Source: Octopus vulgaris (taxonomy: Eukaryota). From it: a DNA stretch of 64,000 nt. The notes under the pieces were generated by a model that was not told the DNA's origin, made no database searches, and saw only the letters and a list, made by a program, of their open reading frames with translations. The stretch lies in contig OX597826.1 in the NCBI GenBank assembly GCA_951406725.2, positions 62,620,001 to 62,684,000 on the forward strand, written 5' to 3'. Below, in pieces: positions 13,816 through 28,369 of this stretch (positions are counted from its first letter, which is position 1; every line of letters begins with the position of its first letter). The position numbers and the translations under genes are program-made.

Positions 13816-14813
13816 GCGTATGTGTGTATGTGTGTATGTATGTATGTATGTATGGATGGATGGATGGATGGATGGATGGATGGATGGATGGATGGATGGA
13901 TGAATGGATAGATATACGTACATCCGTACGTACAAGTTCCATCACCGAAATCATCCACACTCACTGAGGATATATCAGGATAATATTTTCCAAAGATAAA
14001 GCAAATTCGACACCGAATGACGTAGATTTGATGAAGACTGGTTATCTATTCATTCAAAACGCTGCGCCTATCGCTTTCGTAGCTCTTATACGCTGATGAC
14101 TTATAATCGTTTAAATTCTCAGTGTACTGAAATATCTTCCCTGTGGTGGCTATGCAGAGGGGTAGGATTAATGTGGGGTCTGTAATCCAATCATGTGCTG
14201 GATTGCAATTAGTGATACCGATGTGTAACTGGGCAACTCAGATATCCTATTGTTGATGTCGGAAGACGATACGATACAAACGCATGACGCCTGGGGTACC
14301 AGATATATCATGTAACACACTCAAACATAAAAATACGCAAACACACACACACACACATATAGATCTGCAATATGTAGTTATAATCACAGAAGCTTCTATA
14401 AAGTCAAAAACAAGCAAAATGGCTGATGTTGAGAATCATACCATCCAGGATACGTCAACTTCCGGTTAAGTATCTAAATGTCAGCATTAACTTGTAGCTA
14501 TTGAGTATATTACCTTTATCATTAATGCGCGTGTGTGTGTGTGTGTTTGTGTGTATGCGTACGTGTGAGTGTGTGTGTTTATGTGTATGCGTACGTGTGA
14601 GTGTGTATGTGTGTGTGTGTTTGTGTGTATGGGTACGTGTGAGTGTGTTATACAGAGAGAGGGAGAGAGAGAGGGAGATACATACATATATACACATACA
14701 TGCATATACACACGCACTTATATATGTGTATATATATATATGTGTGTGTGTGTGTGTATAGAAATATTACATTTCTAAATATTTCAGAGAGATATAAGTA
14801 GTAGTGGTACGAT

Positions 14814-15008
14814 AGAGTAGTTGTATACTGTCAACTTAATGTGACAGTCCCATGAAGGGAATCACACCACTGCTATTTAGCCCTAGGAAGGATCAACGCT
14901 TCCTGTCGGCCTTGACACATTTCCTGTGCCCTTATGTTTACAAGGGTGCTTGTCACCCTTGTTATACCATTCATGGGACTGTAACAATAAGTTGATAATA
15001 TACAACTA

Positions 15009-15012
<4 letters not shown>
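14814..15012. mobile_element. MITE-like foldback element with 43-bp TIRs
   Basis: 14814-14856 versus the reverse complement of 14970-15012 match at 39/43; internal hairpin caagggtg-cttgt-cacccttg. Confidence 0.75.
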
Positions 15013-15041
<29 letters not shown>

Positions 15042-17034
15042 GGAAGGTACAGAGAAATACAGACAAACAGAGAAAGAGACAGAGACATAATAGTTTAAGC
15101 AGATATACCGCAATATACAGAGAATTTATAGCTAAGTCATATTTTCATCGGAGAGATCTCCGATTGTCGCCATGTGTCATATTTCTCAATATTTAAATAT
15201 CTACTTAGACTCATTGTTATTAAACATAATTTTGCACGCTAGTTAACTCCACTATATATCTACCTTATATGACTATCTCTACCTTATATGACTGATACCT
15301 TATCAAGCTATCATCAGGTGACATAGTCTTGGATACGTATATAAGATCACTATTTCTAATCAATTATATTACATTTCATCTAAACGCCGTATTATATAGA
15401 AAACGAGATTTCGCATGTCTATGAAGCAATGGATAAATATATTATTAGCGTTTCTTTAGAAACTGAATCTCCTTAGCTCGAATTAATATGCGTATGTATT
15501 CATATCGAAGATTAAGACACTTGACGACAGTCGGAAATCCAATCAAATTCCGATGGAAATAATCGGGATTTAATGCTGTTATGAATTCTTTATCGACTTA
15601 CGATTATTTTAAGCGAGTATGTTTCCCAACGAGATAAATTATGAACAATATACAGGCTTTGCAATGGAATTCATAAATGCTATAAATAACAGCATTATGA
15701 ATTAAAAACACAATCCTCAGTGGTGTGACTGCTTCTACGCTATAAATGTCCTTTCACATTAGAAACACAACGAAAGAAACTAGCATGTAATATTACAATG
15801 GATACAGCATACTATAAAATAGTTCAGAAAGCAAGTTTTCGGCGACTCAGTTTAGTTTATAGCCGAAAAGAATACTTGGAGTGAATTAACAAGCCATCAA
15901 ATGTATCAAAAGTTGAAACAAAAACATCGAATCACTGTCCTCTAAGACGTCAAACATCTACAATTCTCTCCCACCTTTCTCTCTCTCTCTCGTTCTATAT
16001 ATTTGATGTAATTTTTCTTTAAATGTATGACTGCACCGAAATGAAAAATTTGCCATAAAAAGAACACTTATCTGAGGATCTAGTAGTTCTGCGAAATAGA
16101 AACTTATTGACATAGTTGTACACATAATGCTGAGAATATACTTTATCACTATAGGTGATATCAGAGAATGATATGGACGTACAATGAATTTTAGCATCAT
16201 AATTAATATTTAAAGTTTGTCTGTTACGGAAAATTCAGAAGCTACGATTTTTGTCCAGGATACATCTCTTTTATATACGTATTGTGGTAAAAAAAAGAAC
16301 AATACACGTCAGATCTACGCCATACAAAGTCACTCCAGAAGTGACCAGGAGAGCCACAGACAAGTATTTCGCCGTTGTTGCAACATTTCAGTATCAGTTA
16401 CTCGTGACACTTCCGAAAAATAATCGAATCATCCAGTCTGAACTACATAGAGATAGCATACAAACTGTACACTGATTTGAAAAGGCTCTGAATAAGGAGA
16501 ATAAAATTCCTATTATGTTTTAGAAGTAGCTCTGTAGTAAAAACTTATCAATATGATATATTCAACACCTTTGTGAGTGGTGGAAAAGCCACAAGCTGCG
16601 GTTTAGTTTACAAGTTTTGTTGTCTCACATATCATGACGCGTATACAAAATAATGAAATGAGTACTAATTCTTAAAGTTAAAGTTTTTATTAAATCTAAA
16701 AAACATAAACCATATTTCTCATTTGAATTTTTTTGCAATAATTATGTTATTAATAACAATAACTGTAAATTAATTAAAGTTATAGCATATTGATTAATTC
16801 CAAATAAGGAAGCGTGATATGTTAGCGTGACCAAGCAATAATCAACAATGAATATTACTACTATTATTACTGAGACAAACAATATTGTCTTAATTTACTT
16901 TTATTTCTAATTATTTTTCAGTGTAAAGTGTAATTAAAAAATAAGTGAACTTCTTTTTTCTGATACACTAAGTGAACGAAACGAATTAGATTCGAGAACA
17001 AAGAGATTCCAACATCAGTTTGAGATGTATTATG

Positions 17035-17157
17035 TTATGCATGCGATGACCCAGCATCCGCATTTTCAGCGAGCGGCGTGAGCTTGCGGCTGGAAGAGCG
17101 AGCTCTTAGGTACATACACAGCAAGATGAGCCCCGAAAAGTCAAGAAGAATCCTCCA
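17035..17157 (-). CDS. Candidate terminal coding exon of an unidentified gene
   Basis: Pyrimidine tract plus AG acceptor (tctctcctttcatctttttaatggaaatag); GC/CpG-rich island; reads WRILLDFSGLILLCMYLRARSSSRKLTPLAENADAGSSHA*. Confidence 0.3.
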   Translation of the reverse strand, partial: WRILLDFSGLILLCMYLRARSSSRKLTPLAENADAGSSHA

Positions 17158-17191
17158 CTATTTCCATTAAAAAGATGAAAGGAGAGATGCT

Positions 17192-17222
<31 letters not shown>

Positions 17223-17309
17223 CGCATATATGAATATGCAATATGTATGCGCGTGTATATATATATATATATATATAAATACACGCAAAGATAGAAAGAG
17301 TGAGAGAGC

Positions 17310-18345
<1,036 letters not shown>

Positions 18346-19173
18346 TATATGCATGAATAATGTGTAACTTTTTGCTCGTGTTCCTGTCTTCCATGTAATA
18401 TGTGTTTAGTTATATGCCTGCTTGTATGTGCTTTTTTCTCGTTTCTCTTCTGTATATGTAAGCACATGTGTTCATGACGTTGTAGACATTATTTTTTTTG
18501 TTTGAGTTGTGTATTCTATGTGTGTATTGTACCTGTATCTGAATGTGTGAGTCTACGAATGCAGGTATACTGAAATATTTGTGTCTGCGTGCGTGAGTGA
18601 GACTGTGTGTTTATGTGTCTTTGTGTGTTTGTGAATGTGTGTGCGCGCTTGTGTGTGTGTGTGTGTGTTGTATGTATGTGTTCGGGTGTATGTGTCTATG
18701 AAGCTGTATAACAAATGAATATTCAACCACAGTCCAGCTGTCATTGTCTTCAAACAGAGCACTGACAATTCTGATGATTATGATGATGACAATCATAATA
18801 TAAATCATCATCATTTTCCTTCCTCATCTTCAAAATCATCGTCATTTTCCTTCTCCTCCTAAACATGTCATCAGCACCATCATCACATTGATCCTCACCA
18901 TCATCACCCACCATCATCATCATCACCATCATCACTATAATTATCATCATCATCATCGTCATCTTCATCATGAACTTTATCAATTTTAATCCATACATCA
19001 ACACTACATTGGATGTCATTCAAATTGTAATCCTGTTACAGCAAAATATTTCAGCAGTTTCGACATTTTCACATTTTTTACAAAAACGGAAGACAAGAGA
19101 AAATCAGAATTAGTGAATAAATCTGATCAGTAACTTAAACGTCGTCAGTTTCAATCTAAGTATAATTTGTTAT

Positions 19174-19580
19174 GTGGCTGTGTGGTAAGTAGCTTGCTTA
19201 CCAACCACATCCTTCCGTGTTCAGTCCCACTGCGTGACACCTTGGGCAACTGTCTTCTACTATAGCCTCGCGCCGACCAAAGCCTTGTGAGTGAATCTGG
19301 TAGACGGAAACTGACAGAAGCCAGTCGTACATATGTTTATATATATATATGTATGTGTTTATATGCTTGTGTGACTGTGTTAGCCCCCCCCCCCAACATT
19401 GTTTGACAACCGATACTGTTGTGTTTACGTCCTCGTAACTTAGTGTTTCGGCAAAAAGTGTTCGATAGAATAAGTACTATGCTTACAAAGAATTAGTCCT
19501 GGGTCAATTTGCTCGACTAAAGGCGGTGCTCCAGCATGGCAACAATCACATGACTGAAACAAGTAAAAGAGTAAAAGAGT
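19174..19580 (+). mobile_element. SINE family A, full-length
   Basis: Collinear with 12150-12548; a more decayed copy follows at about 19601-19935. Confidence 0.9.
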
Positions 19581-19854
19581 TATTTATACAGTTGATTTGA
19601 TGCAGGCATGGCGGAGTGGTTGAAAAGTTCGCTTTGCAGCCGCTTGCTTTCGTATTCAGTCCAACTAAGAGGCACATTTGCAATCGTCTTCCACAACAGC
19701 TTCCAGCCGAACAACGCCTTGGGTGTGGTCTTCCTCGTGAGTGTCTCTCACCGTTTAATAATCGATGTTGGTTTGTGTATGTGTCCGTAACTTAGCGGTT
19801 CAGTATAAAAGATACTGATAGAATAAGTAGCGCACTTTAATAAATGCTAAGTAC

Positions 19855-19885
<31 letters not shown>

Positions 19886-21140
19886 AGATGATGCTCCAGA
19901 ATGGCCGCATTGGAATTAGTGAGAGACAAATAGAAATACAATGGTATAAAAGTAAAAATATATTCTATATCACAATTTATGAGTTTCTGAGCAATTATGT
20001 CCTTAATAACGTTAATCATTAAATTTCAAACTTAATTAAAACTTCACTCTTGTGACCGAGTCTCTCACTGGTTTTATAAAAGTGAAATTACGAATGAACA
20101 TCTTTAACTAGACGCAGAACAAATATTTGAAGCAAGTTCGTCCCTGAATCGCTGGTCTTCCGATTTTTTTGTCGCCGAAATATACATACATATACAATTT
20201 GCGTCTCACAGATTCAAAATATAAGTCAACCAGCAAAACACACGCTCAAACACACTCATACACACATTACGTACAATCAAACACGAAATCCACATATATC
20301 TTATATTAGGTGAACTAAATGCACTCTGGATAGAGGACGGGTAAGTATTATATTAAAACATTTTAAAATATAAAGCAAAATATATTTGTACAAGCAAAGT
20401 AACAGTTAGGCTAAGTTTAAAACAAAACAGTCAAAAACCTTATCAGCAATGAAAATATAAAAATATTCGTACGCTAGAGAAATCACCTACTGTGTCGCAC
20501 TTATTTCAATGTGAGAATGACACAAACTTTCACATCAAATACACAACAATGATGTCTGCTTGGCTTTTGACCATAAATATAAAGCGGAGAAACATTTTTT
20601 TATATTATAGTATAGAGCACGGAGTAGTATTATTTACGAGAAAAAAAAAGAAGTGAAATGGTATCTTCATAGCAAAATAAAACTGATACGCTACGTATGA
20701 AATAGGATACGAAAGCAACCGGCATTTCAGGGTTCGAAATAATTAAATTTAATGATAATGGACGTTATAGGATATATCTTTCCGATTTTCTTTAAGAGCC
20801 TACTACAAAGTGCACCACTATCGCTGCATCTTAAAGTTAGTTAGAGAAGGGTTTATAACGTTAATGGTCTTTGGAGTGATACTGTACAAACATTAGATCA
20901 CGAATAATGAAATACAGAAAATCTTTAATAAGAAACATTGGACTAGAAGACAACAGTCCAGTTTGTCAGGAAATATATTTGAAAGATAGGTTCACCAACA
21001 AATCTATGACATTTGTATAGAGATTTTCAATTATTCCTTAAACTTCTTTTGTAAATGTGTGTGCGGGGAAAGGTGTTTTCGTGTGCTTGTGTGTGTGTGT
21101 GTTTGTCTGCGCGTGTGAGTATGTGTGCGTGAGAGAGAGA

Positions 21141-21205
<65 letters not shown>

Positions 21206-21421
21206 TAGGTGCGTGATGTAATGGTTAAGGTAACTACAATTTCTGAATCGAGCAATACATTGAGTTCTTGAGTAAATCACTTTGTTTCGCGTAGCTCAAG
21301 TTCACTCAAAAAAAAATATAGGCAACATCCCTTATGAGCCCAGAAAGGACATTTGATCCTTACCGAGAACACACACACACACACACACACACATACACCA
21401 CTCACACACACACACACACCA

Positions 21422-21457
<36 letters not shown>

Positions 21458-22375
21458 ACACTCACACACATGTATATATATATAATGAGTAAAACAGCTA
21501 GTTAAACAACTCTTAGCAACGTAAAGGCACTTTTCTAAGGGTTTTCCCCTGTCAGCCGTTAGAAAAGTGCTCTCATGTGGCTAAGAGTTGTTTTGCCTCC
21601 TATTTCTAGCAACGGTAGTGCTCACTAGTACCCTCCGTCATCTAGTGACTACTGTATTTGTTCCATATATATATATATATATATATCATATCATATAAAT
21701 AATATATAAATATATGCATATATACATACATATATGTACATACCTACATATATATGTATATATACATACATATATGGGTACAGGACATCAAAAAACATGG
21801 ACAGAATGAGAAACGAGAACATAAAAAACAAAAACATAAAAAACAAACATTTTTCGAACAACGAAAAAAAGCAGACTTTCAGGCGAGGGGTAAGTCGGCA
21901 AAATCGACCCGAGTGTTCAACTGTTAATTATTTTATTAATCCCGAAAGGATGAAACACAAAAATCGACTGCGGTAGAACTCGAACTCAGAACACAAAGAC
22001 AGCTTTGCATTTTGCCATGCCAGCTTACGATTCTGCTATCACGCCACATTACATATGTGTTGTTCTCTCTCTTACATTATCGACGCAGGAACTTTAAATT
22101 GACAACAACATATTTAATTTTTGATACAGTTTATGTCTTTTGTTTTAGATAAAATAAAACAAAATCTCTGGAACTCTCAATTAAATGTAATGCATTATCA
22201 ATTCATCATGTACTTACATATTAATTTAATGATAGTTTCAAAATTATACGATTTGTAAAAGAATTCGATACATCAAACCTGTCATGAATTCCAATGCTCC
22301 TGACACACTACGAATAATGTCTTTAACTTGAAGTTTTGTACTGGAATAAAAAATGTATATCGTACATAATATAAA

Positions 22376-23893
22376 GGCGGCGAGCTGGCAGAGACGTTAG
22401 AACGCCGGGCGAAATGCATAGCGGTATTTCGTCTGTCTTTACGTTCTGAGTTCAAATTCCGCCGAGGTCAACTTTGCCTTTCATCCTTTCGGGGTCGATA
22501 AATTGAGTACTAGTTACACACTGGGGTCGATATAATCGACTTAATCTGTTTGTCTGTCCTCTCTGTGTTTGGCCCCTTGTGGGTAGTAAAGAAATAGGTA
22601 TTTCGTCTGTCTTTACGTTCTGAGTTCAAATTCCGCCGAGTTCGATTTTGCCTTTCATCCTTTCGGGGTCGATGAAATAAGTACCAGTTAAGCACTGAGG
22701 TCGATATAATCGACTTAATACCTATGCCTGTCCATATTTGTCTCCTCTATGTTTAGCCCCTTGTGGGTAATAAAGAAATAGAAATAGGTATTTCGTCTCT
22801 CTTTATGTTCTGAGTTCAAATTCCGCCGAGTTCGACTTTGCCTTTCATCCTTTTTGGTCGATAAATTAAGTACCAGCTGCGTCCTGGGGTCGATCCAATT
22901 GACTGGGCCCCCTTCCCCCAAAAAATGTCGGGCTTTGTGCCAAGAGGAGAAAAGAATATTAAGGGGTCGAGTTGATAGAATCATTAGCACGCCGGATAAA
23001 ATGCTTTGTGGTGTGCCGTCTGTCTTTACGTTCTGAGTTCAAATTCCCCCGAGGTTGGCATTACCTCTCATCCTTTCGGTGTTGATAAAATAAGTACCTG
23101 TTGAGCACTTGAGGTTGATGTTCAAATCGCCTTTAACAACCCCTGGAATTTCTGACCTTGTGCCAAAATTTGAAACCATTATTAAAGCATTCTAATTTTA
23201 AATGATATTCTTTTTTTTCTACAATATTTAAATTTTAATATATGATATTGATCTCATATTTTGGCACAAGTTCAGAACTTTTGAGGAGGTGTTAAGTCGA
23301 TTACCTCAACTCAAATGTTAAACTGGTACTTATTTTAACACTGTCGAAAGGATGAAAGGCGAAGTCGATTTCGGCGGAATTTGAACTCAGAACGCAGACG
23401 AAATAGCGTTAAGCATTTTTCCCGGCGTGCAACCAACTCTGCCACCTCGCCGTCCCTATTTTAATGTATAATGTTCGTTTCAAATTTTGGCACACGGCCA
23501 ACAGTTTTTGGTAGCGGCAAGTCGATTACATGGAACCCAGTACTCAAATGATACTTAATTTATCGACCCCGAAAGGATGAAAGGCAAAGTCGACCTTGGT
23601 TGAATTTTAATTCAAGACGGCCGAAGTGCCGCTATGCAAACGATTTTGCCAGCTCGCTACCTCCTTTTAATATATAATATTGATTTCAAATGTTGCCACA
23701 AAGCCAGCAATTTCGGGTGAGATATTAGTCGATTACATTGATCCAGTGCTCAACTGGTACTAATTTTATCGACTCCGAAAGGATGAAAGGCAAAGTCAAG
23801 GTCGGCGGAATTTGAACTCCTAAAATAAAGACGGACGAAATACCGCTGACAATTCTGCCCGGTGTGCAAAGGGTGCTACCAGCTCACCGCTTT
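22376..23893. mobile_element. Cluster of SINE B copies: + strand 22376-22955 (trimeric) and 22963-23180; - strand about 23250-23455, 23475-23665 and 23680-23893
   Basis: Repeated ttctgagttcaaattccgccgag.tcgactttgcctttcatcctttcggggtcgataaa on both strands. Confidence 0.92.
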
Positions 23894-24882
23894 GTTTTAG
23901 TATATAGCATTAAAATATAATATATAACAGCGAATAAAGAATACATTAGGTCCGGATTTGAAACCATTATTCAAAATTTAATTTTTTTACTGTTATGTGT
24001 GTTAAATCTTAAATTTTCCCTATCAACACTCTGCACTCAACGGGACTGCAGCAATGTATCAAACTTTGCCAACTTAGGTTATTACAGTTAATACATTAAT
24101 TAACGAATGATCACAAACGGCAAAGCACTAAAACAATTCTTAAATGAACCAGGGACTGATTGTTGATCATAATATTATGCAGACAATTGAGACACTTGAA
24201 CAACGATTTTCTATAAAATTACCGGCATGTTCTGTTTACAACGTTAATGGACTTCTTTCATGCAATACATGGGATTTTATGTATATGTTTGTATGCTGTA
24301 GGTACCTATTATATAATTTCATCTCATTCTGTGTTCTATATCATTTTATTAATTTTATTTATTTATTTTATTTCATTTTATTTTTACCGTTTATAATCTG
24401 AGTTGTCTTATTTGGTCACGTGGTAAACTACAATTAATATTTTCAATTCTACTCGTCTTCTTCTGTTACATATTATTGTCTCTACTTAAACTTTTGAGGT
24501 TTATACAACCAGCATTCTTATATTACAAGTCGGCTTTATTGAGATGTTGGCAATTCGCCAGGTAACATTCTTGAGGTCTTATACATGTTAATGTCTGCAT
24601 ATCTGTGTAATAACACAATGTGTTTGTGTGTATGTGTGTACGTGTGTATACAAACTACGCATATTGTCTTAACCTAACTGGAAAGCTCGTACCACAATGT
24701 GAAATGCATACCGTACGTCATCTTAAAACATTTCAGTTTTAAATGCCTTTTGTGTTCTATATAATTTTTACTTTATAATATTTTACTATATAACAGCCAG
24801 TAATGAAACACTGCATTCATGCATGCTTGTATGTATGTATATATTTCGTTTTGCACACAACATTCAGTACGGGTTATTGATT

Positions 24883-25024
24883 TCAAGAAGCGTTGACTGA
24901 TTGCTTCAACTTTCGACAGAATGACTGCCTCCAGCGGTGGTCGTACGGCATTAAAGCTAGCAGGAAATGCCTCGTCTCTTTTCTGCAGCACGTTTCTTTG
25001 TCGCCTATCATACATACAGCGAAA
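24883..25024 (-). CDS. Candidate coding exon of an unidentified gene
   Basis: Unique GC-richer island after ...ccataatatag. The phase-2 frame reads FAVCMIGDKETCCRKETRHFLLALMPYDHRWRQSFCRKLKQSVNAS*; the phase-0 frame is also open. Confidence 0.25.
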
Positions 25025-25103
25025 CTATATTATGGTTTGTTTGGATGGTTGTGTGGATGACAGGCAAAAAAGGAAACGAGAGAAATAATGAATAGGAACG
25101 AAT

Positions 25104-25155
<52 letters not shown>

Positions 25156-25568
25156 GTGGGAGAGGAGAAATAAAGGAAGAGACACACTGATAAACGAAGA
25201 CAACTATACAAAAAATATCTATTTCTATCAATGTCAACGTTGCAATATAATGTCTATCATATCATTAGGTAAAATTACATTTGGCAATCTAAATATATTT
25301 TTGCAGGTATTTGCCATCCTCACTGACAGATGAATAGTCTGTAGTTATGTATGCGCGTGAGCCGGTGAGTATGTCGGTCTCGAGTTAAAGAAGACGGGAA
25401 GGTACACAGAATCTAGTGACGCCAACCATACTTTCACCATAACATTTCATTTCCTTAAGTCTTTTATTCTAGTCAGCTTCAAAATCTCTTCTTAGGCCAT
25501 CTCTTTCTTAGAATCTTTTACGTTCAGAAATTTCCTTTCTTTCCGTTTTATACATGTATATATATATA

Positions 25569-25626
<58 letters not shown>

Positions 25627-25681
25627 TGTATGTATGTATGTATGTATGTATGTATATATATATATGTATGTATGTATGTAT

Positions 25682-25722
<41 letters not shown>

Positions 25723-25760
25723 TATGTATATATACATATGTATGTATATATATACATATG

Positions 25761-25800
<40 letters not shown>

Positions 25801-27039
25801 TCTGTTTGTTTATTTTTTTAATGCTTTTTATGCCTTTATACATTTGTTTATTTGTTTTACTATTTTTACTTTTAATTCTTTCGCTTGCTTTTTCTGCAAG
25901 ACTGTCTTTGACTAAATGTCACTGAAAGAAAACTAACACCGTTTATTGATTCAAACGTTCTGACAATAATACCAATTGCCATTATTGCCTTTGAGACATC
26001 GCCACAGCTTTCTACATCCCGGTTTCCCTTCTTCCCTCGAAGTCATTCTCTTTCTCTGTCTTTACACGCACACACAAACGCGTGCGCACACATACACACA
26101 CACACGTATTTGTAAGCGTGCGTCTGTACGTGTCTGTGGGTATTTATCTCGCCAGATATCTATTTATCTGTTTCTTTCTTACCTGCTTGTCTATCTATCT
26201 ATCTTTCACGTTCTGTTTCACCTTCCTGCTTTCTTCCTTGTCTGCCACAAAATCGTTTGAAATAGCAAATTTAATGAAAATAGACATATCAATCGTTTCG
26301 GCATTTACACTTAGACTTAGATATAAGTTTTAATTAAATGAAGGAAATAGTTTGATAGACCAAGCAATATAGAACGAGAAGAGCTTCTCGTGTCGTTTAT
26401 TTCTTTAGTGAAGATTTTACCAAACTTGAAACTTAGCATTTAGGAAATTGAGACGATTTATTTGGTTTTACTACATTAGGTTTCTCTTGTCAATTAGTAA
26501 TTCACTGCATCAATCAAGGATTCTATATATACTGATTAAAACAATGTCAGTTAGGTGACCACAGCCGCCAGTAAAGTTTTCAACCAGCGACATATCACGT
26601 AACTAACTAACTAAACAACTACACAACAGGGGTGAGTCTTTTCGAGGTATTTCGACCGTCTAGAAACCGCAACCATATCTCCCTCATATCATACTCTACT
26701 GACTATAGAAAAATGTCACTTTGACGAATATGGTCCTTGATAGCCTTTGTCTGAATCCCTTTAATTATATATTGACTGGAAAAGAACAGGTCTCGGGCTA
26801 AATAGCGAAAACAACAACAGCATCACTCAAGCAAACATAATTAACCCACCAAACAACAGCCTCTGTCTGACCTGAGGCAAAATAATGGCCAGATCTTCGA
26901 ATTACACGCTACACGTTGAATAACGAATTTTTAAGCTCATAATACTCGAGACAATGACGAGTGAGTCATGGGTGGAACACCTTTTCACTCAAAGGCAGTT
27001 TTGTGCTTAAACAATAACAAACACAAGAACTGTGATTAA

Positions 27040-28030
27040 CTAAAAGAAATTGTTAACAATCAACAAAATAATATTTGGAAGATGCTGCTTCAAGCCCAGG
27101 TTTTGCAAAGTAGATTTGAAACTGTTGTGCAGAATTTTCCGGAGATTTGGTAATAAGCGGTTGGTAGTGCCTTGTTATCTGCTTATGAGCCTGCTGTACG
27201 TTGTGTGGAGGCGTATGAGTTGAAAATATGGGGGAACAAACAATTTATTTCTTGTATATCATTTTAACAATCGTAAGGGTTAGATTTGTTGACCGTGTAC
27301 ACTTCAGAGACTTAACGTTCAACCGGTGGTTTACTAATCTGTATTTTATTTATTCCTTAGGAGGTGATAAGCGATTTTTTATTTGACTGAATAATGGAGA
27401 ATGGAATCAAAAGTTTGGCTGATGTCGTTAGCATTAAGGAAGATAGATACACTAGTTACTATATTGTTAAAAGCAAAACAAATTTCGTGTTTAATGTTTG
27501 TGAGAAGTGTGACAGTTTAATGTAGTGGTCTGAATTCGTGTAATAACTTCGGGAGAGACATGTAAGAGTTTTAGACATTCTGTGGGAGCGTTGTGGCTCT
27601 ATTTGATATTAAGTTGAATTTTGATATGAGACTGGTGATGCATAGTTTTCGCTTAATATTCCTGTCTTCTAACTAAATTCTGTGGTTCTGGTGGTATAGT
27701 TTCTAGAAATATCTGCTAAACGCTTTTACTTGATGATGGTTTGTAGGTTTATTATTAGAGATTATAATTGTGTTACTGGACGTAATGTTATTAGCATTAA
27801 TTACTCAATATAAAGTCTTAATATTTTGTGATATATTCTAAATAAAAATGTTTGATAGTTTTCTGTTCGTTCTATGGTCGACATATTGTTATGTTTTCTG
27901 TTGTTGTTGTCGTTTTTTGTGGGGTTTTTTTTTTTTACATTGTAGAATTGTTTGATGATAAGTTTTATTGCGGCTCGGCAATAATGCTATTTTAATGCTC
28001 TTTCTTTTATTTGAGAGTGTCTCTGTTTTT
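27040..28030 (-). mobile_element. Highly decayed Penelope-like element fragment
   Basis: Minus-strand peptide HYQPL..LPNLRKILHNSFKSTLQNLGLKQHLP resembles the PLE post-RT linker (TYHPxLPNLxKILxKHF...LKxIFP); many frameshifts. Confidence 0.4.
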
Positions 28031-28369
28031 TATTAATTTGGCAATTTGTAACGTATCACTGGCGTTGTATTTGTTATGGCTTCTTGTGTAATGTTTCTTT
28101 TTAATATCTTTTTCATATATCCTTCATTGGTTTCCGTCATTGACCTGCGACAACGCTGGGGCATCTCTTTAGTGTTTTTTAGTCCAACAAATCGACTCCA
28201 TTACCTAAGTTTTTAAGTCTGGTACTTACCCTGTCGGTTCTTTAGCCGAATCGTTAAAATACGAAGTGTATACAAACCAACACCGGTCGTAAATCAGGGC
28301 TGTGTAGTAAACAAATTAACACCGGTCGTAAAGCAGGAATGTGTTGTGGCTAGTGATCTATCATGGTGA

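Noticed and set aside
16230-16450. Minus-strand frame containing CGSPGHFWSDF, reminiscent of a zinc knuckle or exon
   Set aside because: In-frame stop just upstream and only 2 of 4 CCHC ligands present
22376-22480. tRNA-like A and B boxes (also at 12150, 41177 and 55960-56025)
   Set aside because: No full cloverleaf or terminator; they continue into SINE bodies
22423-22955. Regularly spaced repeats suggestive of a CRISPR array
   Set aside because: Units are ~175-190 bp SINE bodies with no unique spacers and no cas genes, in a eukaryotic context
26640-27020. Possible remnants of a further old SINE ending in gggctaaa..aacaacaac (similar traces near 30170-30440 and 51830-52080)
   Set aside because: Too decayed to delimit or align reliably by eye
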